This document shows, piece by piece, positions 15,130-27,810 of a DNA stretch of 64,000 bases. The DNA is from the human T2T-CHM13v2.0 reference genome, Homo sapiens, in the NCBI RefSeq assembly GCF_009914755.1, contig NC_060926.1. One strand, written 5' to 3'. A program made the translations under genes and the position numbers. Numbering within the stretch: the stretch's first letter is position 1; every line of letters begins with the position of its first letter. Under the pieces are notes generated by a model that ran no database searches, had not been told where the DNA came from, and saw only the letters and a program-made list of their open reading frames with translations.

Positions 15130-15320
15130 TTTGGCTCCAGACTGCCTGGGTTCAAATCCCTGCACCTTGACTTAATAGTGTGTAAGCTGGATCAAGTTAC
15201 TTTACCTCTTTGATCCTCAGTTTCTTCAGGTTTCTGTGAGGATTAAATGGGTTAATCCAGGTAAATCACCTAGAACAGTGGCAGGCACTTAGTAAATGTT
15301 ATTTATTAGCTATTATTATT
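15130..15320 (+). mobile_element. MIR
   Basis: cagactgcctgggttcaaatcc..caagttacttt..cctcagtttc..tgaggattaaatg. Confidence 0.65.
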
Positions 15321-15602
15321 ATTATTCTAATTTTTAAATCTAATAAAAAATAGAATATTTGACGTTTCATTTTAATGAAACACATATAATCACCAAATAT
15401 ATCAATTGGTGTTCTTTGTATACCAACATAAATCAGCTCTGGCTCACAAAAGCCAAAAGAGGAATTAATAGGAAGTCATGAGACAGCTCACAGAGAAAAG
15501 GAAAAGCTGAAGAATTAGATCCCTATTAGGACAGGATCAAGACAGCTATGAATATTTAGATGTCAGGAACCAGTTGACAGTCCCTTAGGGTCCTGTCCTT
15601 GG

Positions 15603-16453
15603 CCTAACATATGGTCTATCCTTGAGAAACATCCATGTGCTGAGGAGAAGAATGTGTATTCTGCAGCTGTTAGATGAAATGTTCTGTACATACCCATTAG
15701 ATTCATTTGGTCTATAGAGCCAGTTAAGTCTGGTATTTCTCTGTTGATTTGTCTAGATGATCTCTTCAATGCTGAAAGTGGGCTGTTGAAGTCTCCAGCT
15801 ATTATTGTATTGGGGTGTATCTCTCTTTAGTTCTAACAATATTTTCTTTATATATCTATACATCTGGGTGCTCCAGTGTTGAATGCATATATATTTACAA
15901 TTCTTATATGCTCTTGCTGAATTGACTCCCTTATCATTATTTAATGACCTTCTTTGTCTCTTTTTGTAGATTTTGTCTTAAAATCTATTTTGTCTGATAT
16001 AGGCATAGCTATTCCTGCTCTTTTTTGGTTTCCATTGTCATGGAATATCTTTTTCTATCCCTTTATTTTTCAGTCTGTGTGTGTCTTTATAGGTGAAGTG
16101 TGTTTCTTGTAGGTAACAGATTGTTGGGTCTTGTTTTTTTTAATCCATTCAGCCACTCTACGTCTTTTGATTGGAGAATTTATTTACATTCAGTGTTGTT
16201 ATTGATAAGTAAGAACTTACTCCTGCCATTTTGTTATTTGTTTTCTAGTTGTTTTGTGGTCTTCTCTTCCCTTTTCCCTTCCTTTCTGTTTTCCTTTAAG
16301 TGAAGGTGATTCTCTGTGGTAGTATGTTTTAATTTCTTGCTCCTTATTTTTTGTGTATTTGTAGTATGTTTTTTGAATTGAGGTTACCACGAGGCTTACA
16401 AATAATATCTCATAACCCGTTACTTTAAACTGATGACAACTTAACCCTGATTG
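15603..16453 (-). mobile_element. Internal L1 fragment (inter-ORF/ORF2 endonuclease region) flanked by a 16-bp direct repeat
   Basis: ORF 15563..15769(-) SSRQINREI.DL...IDQMNL..MYRTFH.TAAEYTFFSSAHG.FSRIDHMLG; AGGGTCCTGTCCTTGG at 15587-15602 and 16454-16469. Confidence 0.88.
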
Positions 16454-16879
16454 AGGGTCCTGTCCTTGGGATGAAAGAACCACACTCATTATTTCAGATA
16501 ACATGTTACTTATTTAAGATTCAAATTCCAGATCATCTATTGACTTGGCTGAGGTCATGTGCCCACTTCTCGCCTAAGAGATGAAAGAGCATTCTAACTA
16601 AAACTCCCACTAAGACTCTAAAGGTAAGTAAGTAAAATCAGGGTACTGTTACTAGATGGAGAGATACATGCTGGGAAGGCAAAGTAAACAGATATGTACC
16701 ATCTTACTAACCTCCAACCTTGAATGCTTGGAATTTGTTTACATTTTGCCACAGATGCCAAAATAGGTGTGTTAAAGTCCTTTGACTAACCCCATAAGGA
16801 AGCCAGTTTGACTTACAATATGCCAGAAACAACATTAAGGATATTTTAAAGCCCAAGATACTGAAGGATTCTTAAGCCT

Positions 16880-17190
16880 TTAGTTTTTTCATGGGGTATT
16901 TGGTTTTTAACTATAGGTATCAATGGCCTAGAAATGTTGCTTCACAGATTCTACAAAAAGAGTTTTTCCAATCTGCTGTATCAAAACAAAGGTTTAACTC
17001 TGTGACATGAATCCACATATCGCAAATAATTTTCACAGATAGCTTATTTCTAGTTTTTATCGCGGGATATTTGGTTTTTCACTATAGGCCTCAATGGGCT
17101 CAGAAATGTCTCTTCATAGATTCTACAAAAAGAGTGTTTCTAACCTGCTGAATCAAAATAAAGGTTTAACTCTATGAGATAAATCCACAA
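16880..17190. repeat. Alpha satellite (ALR), ~1.8 divergent monomers, no CENP-B box seen
   Basis: ~171-bp period (tagttttt at 16881 and 17051; ggtttaactc at 16991 and 17163). Typical alphoid motifs: agattctacaaaaagagtgttt, aaaggtttaactctgtga.atgaat, cacagatagctt.tttctagttttt. Confidence 0.88.
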
Positions 17191-18979
17191 AAATCTGTGA
17201 GATAAATCCCTAAATCTGAGCCCTTCTCTTTAAAAACTGTGTAAGAATTTTGGAAAACAGGCTCGGGAGCATATAGACCTATAAAAATTTCTAGGAGGCT
17301 GGCTGTATAACACCATGTTGATGTAGGAAGGAAACAATACCAGAATAAAAGATGAGGGGATGGGCAGGGCCTGGATTCTGTGGCTCCACTGGAAATAGCA
17401 ATGGGAAGCTTCCAAAGAAGATATAAAGTTTTCAAAAAGTTAAAATATGATTCATACAAATTAAGAATGCAAATGAATAAAGGTTTTATTGAACCTATTA
17501 ACTAATATGAGAACCAGAAAAACATTATAGCTGGTGCAAAGAACATTTTGAAGAACTGAATATATATCAGCATTTTGAGGAAGAATGCTAGAATAAGATT
17601 CCTAGATTAAATAACAAACTGGTAAATATCTTTCAGGAAAATAAAACCATAATCAGCATAACATTTAAGTTCCCTTTTATACCAGACAGAAATAATTTGC
17701 ATCTCTACTGGAGACAAATCTATAAACTAAAATGTAACTTCCCAAATTCTGGACCAAATAGTAAGTAGCTAGTCTCAAACACAGGTGCATGCCTCTAAGA
17801 TAACTGAATAATCCTTGATGATGGGCGAGAGCTTATTGTTAAACATTGTCCTTTATGACGAGGAGAGTATGTGAAGAATTCTCTTGATTGTATTTTCAAG
17901 CTCTCCTAATGTTTCTTAAGAAAGGGATATCAGCAGAAAGCAAGAACTAAGGGAGAAAGAGCAACAGTTGCTGCCAGGGTATCACAGGTAGGAGAGGTCT
18001 CTGCCTAGTGGCAGGAGACCAGAGGGGAGGCCTTCCTGCACACAAGGTGTTCCTTTGTCAAGTGTTCTTGAGTAAGAAACCATAATTAATACTTGCAATG
18101 GTGACAAGTCACAGTGGGTGCTTCGTGACTAAAAAAGGACATCAAAAGTCTTGTGTGGGTTACATGCTAGAATAAATGGATTTATTAAAATGTCTTGGTT
18201 GGTTAAATACCCTGTGTGCCTGATGCCACAAGAATTTTATTGCATATTATTTAGGCTGCTGTTCTTTTTCTGAAGGAGAAAGCATTTTTCTTTCTCAGCT
18301 CTTTGGTTTTTGAAATTCCTAAAAATCCAATTTTCTGTCTTTTTAAGTCCTGTAATTCAAGGACAACGCAGTAGAAATCCAACAATATTATGCCATGATA
18401 ACTTTATTATCCCAGAATAAAATCATTTTTAGGAAGTAATATTTCTCAAGACATTAAAATGGAATGGATTTTTACTTTCTAGAATTGTTTTATTGTATTG
18501 CTCTCTGACACAGGAAATGAGTTCAATGGCCTCTAGGATTCCTTTATTTTATTGTGGTCCAAGGATTCTATATTGATTAGATTTCCCAGATGGTCATATA
18601 ACACATTTTCATGATAGATTAAAACTGTACATTGTGGCAGATTTTGCCAGTTCTTTTAAATTTCATGTCATTAACACAATTAAAATATAAAATATGTGCT
18701 GGCTCATTCCTAAGAACTTTTACAATACCATACTTGTGTTGGTCTCCAAAATTGAAAACCATTTCGTGAGAATAATGATAAAAAATGTATTTTAAAAATT
18801 ATTGTTTCCCACTAGAGAATAGTTTATGTTTGAATATAAAAAAGAAAAGATGGAGAACAGAATTCCTTGCTATTAATCGCTACACCACAGGTAAACCAAA
18901 GACTCAAATATTATTGATGGGGTTAGAGGCCTATGGTATTCTTCACCAAGATGTTTCTTCAGCATCTTTTAGAGCATCT

Positions 18980-19014
<35 letters not shown>

Positions 19015-20409
19015 ATGTGTGTATCTCAGAAGGAAACTTCTGGTCATTATTTGCAACTATCACAAAATGATGAAGCCTTTTGTTGTTTTGTTTTGTTTTC
19101 CTTGTTGCTAAAAAGTACTGAATAATTAATGTTTAACTTTTCAGGTCACATTTTTTTAAAAACACATATGCTTCTCTTTCTAAATGACCTAAGTTTTATT
19201 TTAATGTGTTTTTTAATACATGTATTTTGGAAAGAAGGGAGGGTCCCTTCAAAATTAAAAGCAGATGGTAAAGAAGTTATTTGAGACCAAACTATAAAAC
19301 TGCTGGAAGTCTACTATAGTTAAATAAAATAAAATTTCATGTCAAAAGCTGGCTTCCAGGAAAATTATTTTGTTTGAAAAAAGACTCAAAATTTCTACTG
19401 AGGGCACATGCAATGTAACAGTAATCTGTCTTTTATTCTTGCTTTTGCAAACAGGCTTAGATAAGGGAACTGAAGAAAATGCACTTTGGGATCTACAGAA
19501 AACTTCCTAATCCATTTATCCAATAAATGCTATTTCCATCTTCTCAGACACTGTTCCAGATGCTGGTGATAATTAGTGAACTAAGTACCCAAGTTCTCAG
19601 TCCTGAGGACCTTACAGCCTCGTAACTGAGACAGACAATAAACAAGTAAGCAAAGAAATTAAAGAGATAATTACAGACCGTGGTAAGTGCTATGAAGGAA
19701 ATAAACAGGGTTCATGATAAGGGGTAGTGGGGACAGGGAAACACTTTTTATTTATTTCTTCCTTAATATCTTCAGTGACTCAATGGTCATTCAGGAGCAT
19801 GTTATTTAATATTTATGTATTTGTACAACTTCCAAAGTTCCTCTTGTTATTAATATATTCAAAGTGTGATTATCTACTCACTATTGTGGTTCTGCAAACT
19901 CTCTTTTCTTACCACAAAAGGTAACTGAGTGGAAACATGTCAGTTCCGGGTAACCTATCTACCTTGGGTTGGCTGTCCCATATTCAGATATTTTCCTTGG
20001 CATAATAAATAACTTCATATGAGCCAGATTAAATAATATAAGACCATAACAAATAAATATAAGCTAGATTAAAAAATATAAGACCATTATAAATAATATA
20101 ATACCGTTCTGGCATAAAATGTCATATATGTTAAAATTTTTCTACATAAATCCCATACTTGATAGTTATTCAGGCAAAATTAGGGAGCATCTGAGTGAAA
20201 ATAAATTTTCTTGAATTAGTTGGTAACAATTTGCTTGAATTACGGAGTTAATAGTAGCAAAAACAATTGATTTTCTAAAATATGTAGTAAACTGAGCATT
20301 AAATGAACAGTATCATGGGCCTCACCTTAAATGCTGTATCATGAGTTAAACTGAAACTGAGTATTTTAGATTATTATTTAGTTGACTTCTGAAATTGCAT
20401 AGCTCAATG

Positions 20410-20625
20410 GAAAGAGTTGTACTAATTTTGAGGTCAGATAGGGCCTCAATTTCAGCTCAGTCACTTAGCAGCTGAGTTTGAGCAAGTTAGTTAAGCCGTC
20501 AGAGCCTCAGTTTGATCATCTGTAAAATGGTGCACCACTATGCACTCCTCAGAAGTGTTTTGAAGATTAAATGCCTGCATGCACATAACAGCATCCAACA
20601 CATAAGACATGCTCAATAAATGTGG
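20410..20625 (+). mobile_element. MIR
   Basis: gagcctcagttt..catctgtaaaatgg..gaagattaaatg..gctcaataaatg. Confidence 0.65.
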
Positions 20626-21504
20626 TAGTTTCTTCTTCTTCTTTTCTTTGAAAATCTTAAGCTGAAATAATGACCATTAAGTGAAAGAAAACTAAATTAA
20701 GTAAAATGTGTTTCTTCTGGCAAGAAGATCAGTTTAAGAATATTGATTTAAGAAGAACATAGCTCTCAGGGCACATACTGCTGAATTCTCTAAGAAACAA
20801 TATACAAGTATTTGACTTTAGCAATCTTTAAAATTTAGTTGCACTAATGTAGCTGGTGCTGAGATTTAAGTCTTCAACAACCCATACCTTAAAATAGCTT
20901 TTAAATTCCTACATTTGAATTATTTTCCACAATGATAACAACCAAAAACCCACAGGTAAATGACAGAACAGTAGATAAGAAGGAAAAATTTATTAACTTT
21001 TGTACTTTCAGGAAAAAAATCTGAGGGATTCTTAGAAATATGTTTGAATTTGGGAATATCAAACCTTTAAAAAAGTTACATAAATATATACCCATTACAC
21101 AGATTTACCCTCTTAACCATTTGCCCCTTGGACTCTCTTGCTCACTCACATTCTCATTTTCTCTCTATCCAGATGGATAGAGAAATAAATTTTTTTCAAA
21201 CATTTAATGGTAGGTTGCATATAGCCCTTTACCCCTAACTCCTAAATACTACAGTTTTTTGTATTATAAAAAAGATATTCCCTTAGGTACACACAAAAAA
21301 TACAATAAATTTAACATTGATACAAACTCTATCTATTGTCTTTATTAAAATCTTGGCAATTTACACAATAAAGTCCCCATGAATGTAAGCTTTTCCTTTT
21401 TTTTTGTTTTTGTGTTTTGCTTTGGGTTTTGGTTTTTAGTTCCTGAGTTTTTCCCATCTAGAACATGATCCAGTAGGATAATTATATTCGGTTTTCATGT
21501 CTCT

Positions 21505-23630
21505 GGACATCCACCACAAAATTGTCAGATTCAAGGGTCAGGCAGTATGTCCAGATCATCCCCATTCCAGGAGCCCCAGGGAGCCCATTTCCCCAGTCAG
21601 GCCCTGCCAGCATGGGCGAAAGAGGAGAAGTTCCTCAGGCTGCCCTCTTCACTGTCCCTGGCTTTGTCTTTAGGGATAGTCAACAAGAAAGTCTTCCATC
21701 TCCTCTGAGGAGGGAAATTTCCATCAACAAAATGTTTCTGTACAATTAGGCAAGAATAGCCACATGCTACCACATCCTCTGAAAAACCTGGTCTCTGTTA
21801 TGTTTCTCATAACCAAGGATATTTATTCTTTCCAAATATATTTGTTCTTCTAGTAACTGAGTGCTATCTTCTGTCTCTACTGTGTTTGGAGTATTGTTTT
21901 GGGAATCGCAGAAGTTTGAGCTCAGGGGAAGGAAGGAGTCCTCCTCAGCTCTTCCTGAGTGCCTGCTTTGGCTTCTCAGAGGTGACCACAGGTTGGGAGG
22001 GAGGTTGACAGTAGGTTTGCACATCCTCCCTGCTCAGTGGTAGGCAGCCAAGGGAGTAGGCAGCATGGGGCTGCTGGGTCTTTTCACCCACCTGGGTCAA
22101 GTGAACAGTGACTCATTCTCAATAGTCATGTTCTCAGGTTACAGACCTTCCCTTCTTCACTCACCTCAGAGAAGGTAAAAAGAGCTCAGTGTGCAAGGCA
22201 CTGATATGTATGTGCATAGTAACCTGATTATGAGATTCTGTGTACTCACGGTGGAATAAGAGTGGTAAAGCAGTATCTATAGTTTCCTTTTCCTCTTTAT
22301 GTCAGAAGGAGGACAGAGAAAGGGGAGAAAAAGACCAGGAGTCAAAAGAAGACAAGGACATGCAATCTCTATGTATTTTCATGTAGTGCTGGGTCACTTT
22401 CCACCACTAGAGTGTGACCTGGATTCTAAGCTTGATACACAAAATTGACTCTTGACCTGGGCAGGCTCTCCCCACCTCTTCTCCATGCTGCCACCTCCAC
22501 TCCAAGAAAGCCTAGCTCCATAGTGCGTCAGGAACATAAAAATTTCTTCTGAATACTGTGGTTTTTTTGCATTTTAAAGAAGGTTTCCAATATCTTTGAA
22601 CCCAGAGCTGCATACACATTTGGTGGGAGTTTGGGTGGTGGACAATATTGCTGTGTTAGATTGTGGGCTGGCCCAGGGTACAGTGTATGATCAGGGTATG
22701 TTTGCTTAAGGGTCTGTTGTATCTGTGGTGTTAATCTGTCTGGGAAGCAAACTCTAAATACATCAGAGCAATATCCCTCTGAAGTAGGCACCGTTAGAGA
22801 ATGAAGCCTCTCCCCAAGGAGTCTACTCAAGGTGCCTGAATTGACATCATTGCTGAATGAAGGTATCACCCAGGTATCAATAGTGGAAACATTCATAGTG
22901 CTGCCTCTTTGTGCTTAGTGGAAAATGAGGCAGAAAGTGAGAAATTGGTTTGGGTTTTACTAAATAAAGAGGAAGAAAGAAGAACAAAAGGGGTCAAAAG
23001 AATGAACCAGCTGGTTGGAAGGAAAGGTAATGTTCCTATTATCCCCAATCCTGTCTGCTCCACACACATACAACCTGATCTGGACGCCACCTCCTGGAGC
23101 CTCATCAGGCACTGTGAGCATATTGGCACCATCCTGGTGGAAACGTGTAATGGCCTAGTATTTCAGCCCAAAAATAATGTTTATAGAAATATTGTCAGAT
23201 ATGGTATGCCCCTCTCTCCTCTCTGGGGATGATGGCCTTGGTATGTTCCTTCTGGCCATGATTGATGACAAGATGCAGGAATTATCCTCTGTACACAGCT
23301 CAACCATCAAGGTTGAGGCACCACCACGTGATTTTCATGCTCTGGCTGGAGCACTGACAGACCTCCTCCAGAGACAACAACAGTTCATGTACCACAGGTG
23401 AGTCCTACACCTTGCTCCCTGGAGCAATGTTTCCACAGGTTGGCTTGGGCCCCAGTTCAACACTTTGAAGCCAAAGCAGTCAGAGATACCAAGTGGGTTC
23501 TCAACCTTGCCTACTTTTAATCATTTTTCTGTCCATTGGACTCTCTTACTTCATGTCATCTGGATTAAAGCCACAGACTTCAAGGGATGTCAAAGAAGGC
23601 AAAGAAGCTATCGAGAGAATGGAGCTACTA
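21505..23630 (-). pseudogene. DNAJB5-like (Hsp40) pseudogene fragment: J-domain absent; G/F region, C-terminal domains and probable 3'UTR present; last intron apparently retained
   Basis: Minus-strand translation gives GFNPDDM, FGFK..GP, KV*DSPVVHELLLSLEEV..MKIT..LNLDG, LHLVINHGQKE.TK, FHQDGAN..MRLQE, then after ~176 nt TMNVSTID..VIP..NDV..GTL.RL.GE.L..FRVCFPDRLTPQIQQTLKQ. This is colinear with DNAJB5 (PPVVHELRVSLEE...VRFPDRLTPQTRQILKQ). Many stops and frameshifts; 3' boundary approximate. Confidence 0.85.
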
Positions 23631-23725
23631 GTTCTTTATTTCTTTTTAAGTTCTTTTTTTTAAAGTTCTTTTTAAAGTTTTTTTTTTAAGTTCTTTTTTT
23701 AAGTTTTTTTTTTAAGTTCTTTTGA
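23630..23725. repeat. (AAGTTCTTTTTTT)n tandem repeat
   Basis: About 6-7 imperfect copies. Confidence 0.85.
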
Positions 23726-24071
23726 TGATGAACTTAAAGGAAACTTTTTAAGTTCAGAAAGGCTGAGTTACCCAATAAGTGAAAAATCTGGTACTGGGGA
23801 ACTCAGGGGATGTGACTGCTTGTCTGGTGATGTTTGGCATGAACAGAACAAAGACACCTAATCAAGGGCTGAATGATTCCTCCAGGAATATAATCAAAGT
23901 CATCCCTGACCTCCAGGTTTTTGCTTATCTCTAGAGACATAAAGAAGATGAAGCAATCAGGCAGAGTTTTAAGACAAAGGAGTAAAGAAAGGATTTCCCC
24001 AATCTTACTCTGCTTCCTGCACTGTGTTTCTCCTTCCCAGGATCCATCCCATATGAAAAAGCAGGAGGACA

Positions 24072-24376
24072 GGCTGGGCGCGGTGGCTCATGCCTGTAAT
24101 CCCAGCACTTTGGGAGGCAAAGGCGGGCGGATCACGAGGTCGGAAGATCAAGACCAGCCTGGCCAACATGGTGAAACCCTGTCTCTACTAAAAATACGAG
24201 AATTAGCTGGGTGTGGTGGCACACGCTTGTAATCCCAGCTACTCGGGAGGCTGAGCTGAGTCGGGAGAATCGCTTGAACCCGGGAGGCGGAGATTGCAGT
24301 GAGCCAACATCCAGCCTCTTCACTGCAGCCTGGCCACACAGAGCGAGATGCCATCTTAAAAAAAAAAAAAAAAAAA
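24072..24376 (+). mobile_element. AluS
   Basis: Full Alu with A-tail; TSD AGGAGGACA. Confidence 0.9.
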
Positions 24377-24625
24377 GGAGGACAAAACTCATTCACTGCA
24401 TACCAGTGGGAGAGATGAGGAGCTCTTTCTCATGTAAAATAAAATGTTGAAGCAAATTTTGTGCCTAGACCTAGGGCTCACCGTGTTGCTTAATTCCACG
24501 GGTCATTTTTCACTTCATATAGATGACTCTGATATCGAACACAATGTGAATGGGCTCCCTGGAGTCATAGGATACTAAGCTCTATACCCCACACCTAATA
24601 GAGGGCTAATAAAAAATGCATGAAG

Positions 24626-24940
<315 letters not shown>

Positions 24941-25159
24941 TAAAAATGCACGAATGGGCTGGAGCTTGGGGATGGAGTGGCTGTGGCCTACATATTTTGG
25001 GAGGTTGGTGTTTTAATGTTATAAGAATGTTTTACATTCTTTTATTTATTATGAAAGAAAATAGAAGCATCTAGCTGAGGCTCCAAACAATTACATTTTA
25101 ACATTTCATCTGCCATCATCAGAATAACCCTCTAAAGAAATTTCCTTTAAAATGTTCCT

Positions 25160-25722
25160 CTTCAACAAATGTCCACATAAAACTTGTACATGAGTCTTCA
25201 CGGCAGCATTACTCATAATAGGCAAACAGCAGAAACAATAAAGTGTTCATCAACTTATAAATGGATATGTATACTTATAAATGGATATTTACAAGTTCAT
25301 CAACTTATAAATGGGTATGTAAAGTAAGGCGTACCCATACAATAGAATATTATTTGGCAATAAAAAGAAATGAGTACTGATACATGCTACAACATGGGTG
25401 AGTCTTGAAAACATTACACTAAGTGAAAAAAGTCAGTAACAAAAGCCTACATATCATGTGATTCTATTTCTATGAAATGTCGAGAATAGGCAAATCCACA
25501 GAGACATAAAATAGATTAGTGGCTGCCTTGGGAGAAAACAGGGAATGACTACTAATGCTGCTAATGGGTGTGGGGTTTTGTGTTGAGGCGATGGAAATGT
25601 TCTAGAATTATATTTGCTGATTGCTGTACAACTCTTTCAATATATTAACTTGATTAATTTATACACTTTAAAGGGTAAATTTTATGGTATGTGAATTATA
25701 TTTCAACAAGGCTACTATAAAA
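25160..25722 (+). mobile_element. Old L1M (L1MB-like) 3' end
   Basis: gcagcattactcataatag..tactgatacatgctacaacatggg..cttgaaaacatta..aaattttatggtatgtgaattatatttcaac. Confidence 0.75.
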
Positions 25723-26489
25723 AAGTTTCCACTTTAGATGCAAAGCTCAGAAGTACAAGTAAATAGCAATTCAACAAAGCAAAAACTAAATGAAAAAAAG
25801 AAAACACTGCCTGTACCTCAAATAAAGATGGAAAAGAAAAATATCAAAATTGGTTTTCTTTGAGTTGTGGAACTCTCATCAAATTTTTCTTTCTACTGTA
25901 TTTTCCACATTTTAAAAAATAGGCATGTATGAATTTTTAATGAAAAAACAAACACCAAAACTAAAGCACATAGAAAAAAAAAAAAAAAATAAGTACACCA
26001 AGAAGTTAACAGACTTTAGCTTGGGGGAGTAGGATGGTGATTGATTTTTAATTTCTTCTTTTTGTGTGTCTTTATTCTCAACTTTTAAATATATAAATAG
26101 GCATTACTCACTTAAATAAAGGGAGAAAATTCCTGGATTATGGACATGGCTGAGCTCATTTTCATGTGCTCCCAGAGGTCTGGCCAAGGTGCCATAGGCC
26201 TTCATGGAAGGGCGTGCACCATCATGCTAGGCTTGAGGATTCCTGAAAAAGCATACTGAAGCTCTGGAAGGAACCATTCATGAACAAAGGTAGAAGACGT
26301 GACTTGCCCACGTAGAAATTAGTCAGCCTTTAACATGTCCATTTCGGTACAGCAGTACTTGCTGTTCATCCAGCTTTGATGCTGAGGATAGCCGGCAGTC
26401 CAACATAAAGGTAGCTCATCAGTAAATATCTCCAAAACTCAGAAATTTCATTGAAGACTGGTTACGGCGATTATGAGTAAATACTTTTA

Positions 26490-26826
26490 TCTTCCCTTTC
26501 TTTTATATCCACTCTTTCATCCTTTGCTTAGCTAATTTGTATCCCTTCCAGTCTCATCTTAAGTCTTCCGAAGCTTGCCCTGACCTCTCTCTGTTCACCT
26601 CACCCTTTCTCTGGTTTGAGGCTCCTCCTATGTGCTCTCACAGCAAATTGCACTTCCCATGTCACAGTATTTATTGCTTCAGAAGGTAATTTTCTGTTCA
26701 GTTCTCTGCCTAACTACATCATGCGCTACCTGAGGCAAAGACAGCTGTCTGTGTTGTTCACTATTATATTCCCAGTACCTAGTTTAAAATAAAGAAGCTA
26801 ACAGTTACTTGTGGGATGAATGAATA
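26490..26826 (+). mobile_element. L2 3' end
   Basis: tgtgttgttcactattatattcccagtacctag..gatgaatgaat tail. Confidence 0.6.
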
Positions 26827-27511
26827 ATATGTGTATGGCTCTACAGGAAGCACTGCATCAGTCTCATATCTTCATTCTACACAGGAATTGGGAAGGCACG
26901 CTGGATTAAAAGTGGTCTTCCATGCTAACGCAAGACATGCCTTCTGGATGGGTAGTGATACACAGACTGTGTCTCCAACAGAAATCTGGAGAACTACAAA
27001 AACATGTGGTCATTTGAATCTATCTCCCTGTTAGCTAGGGAGAGCTCAATTTTCATTCCAGAGAATCATCTATGTTATTCCTATTGTTTGAGTTATTTTG
27101 TTTTTGTTTTTGTAATTGAAACCTGAAAAGGAATCAAAACACTAACAGGAAGCATACGCTGCTAAACAACATCAAGGGCTGGGGGCAGGGAAGAACAGAC
27201 GGAAGTAGAAAAGGGAGAATGAAAACAAACAGAATAAAACAGCATTCCAAAACGCACTCTTATTCTAAGACAGCAGGAAGCTATCTGACTGTGGTTCTCA
27301 TGATGTAAAACATTTGACAAGTTGGCTCATCTTCAAGAGAAAAAAATAATACAAACAACTTCTTGATTTCAATCTAGACTTTTTCTTGGACATCAAGCCG
27401 AAATATATATATATATATATAATCTTTCTTTTTCCAAGCTGGGATCTTAGCCAAAAAAAGAAAACAGAAAATTCTGAAATTCAGTTTTCATTAATAGGAT
27501 TACGTCATATA

Positions 27512-27810
27512 GGTCGGGCATGGTAGGTTCCACCTGCAATTCCTTGGGAGGCCGAGGTGGGTGGATTGCCTGAGGTCAGGAGTTCTAGACCAGACTGGGC
27601 AACATGGAGAAACCCCATCTCTACTAAAATACAAAAAATTAGCTGGGCATGGTGGTACACGCTTGTAGTCCTGGCTACTCAGGAGGCTGAGGCCCAAGAA
27701 TTGATCCAACCTAGGAGGCAGAGGTTGCAGTGACCCAAGATCACACCACTGCCCTTGAGCATGGATGGCAGAGTGAGACTCTGTCTCCCAAAAAAAAAAA
27801 AAAAAAAAAA
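27512..27810 (+). mobile_element. AluS
   Basis: Full Alu with 21-nt A-tail; TSD-like AGGATTA(C/T)GT. Confidence 0.9.

Noticed and set aside
16880-17190. Relic of the ancestral chromosome 2 fusion centromere
   Set aside because: Only ~2 monomers, and the gene content places the window at 2q32, far from the 2q21 relic
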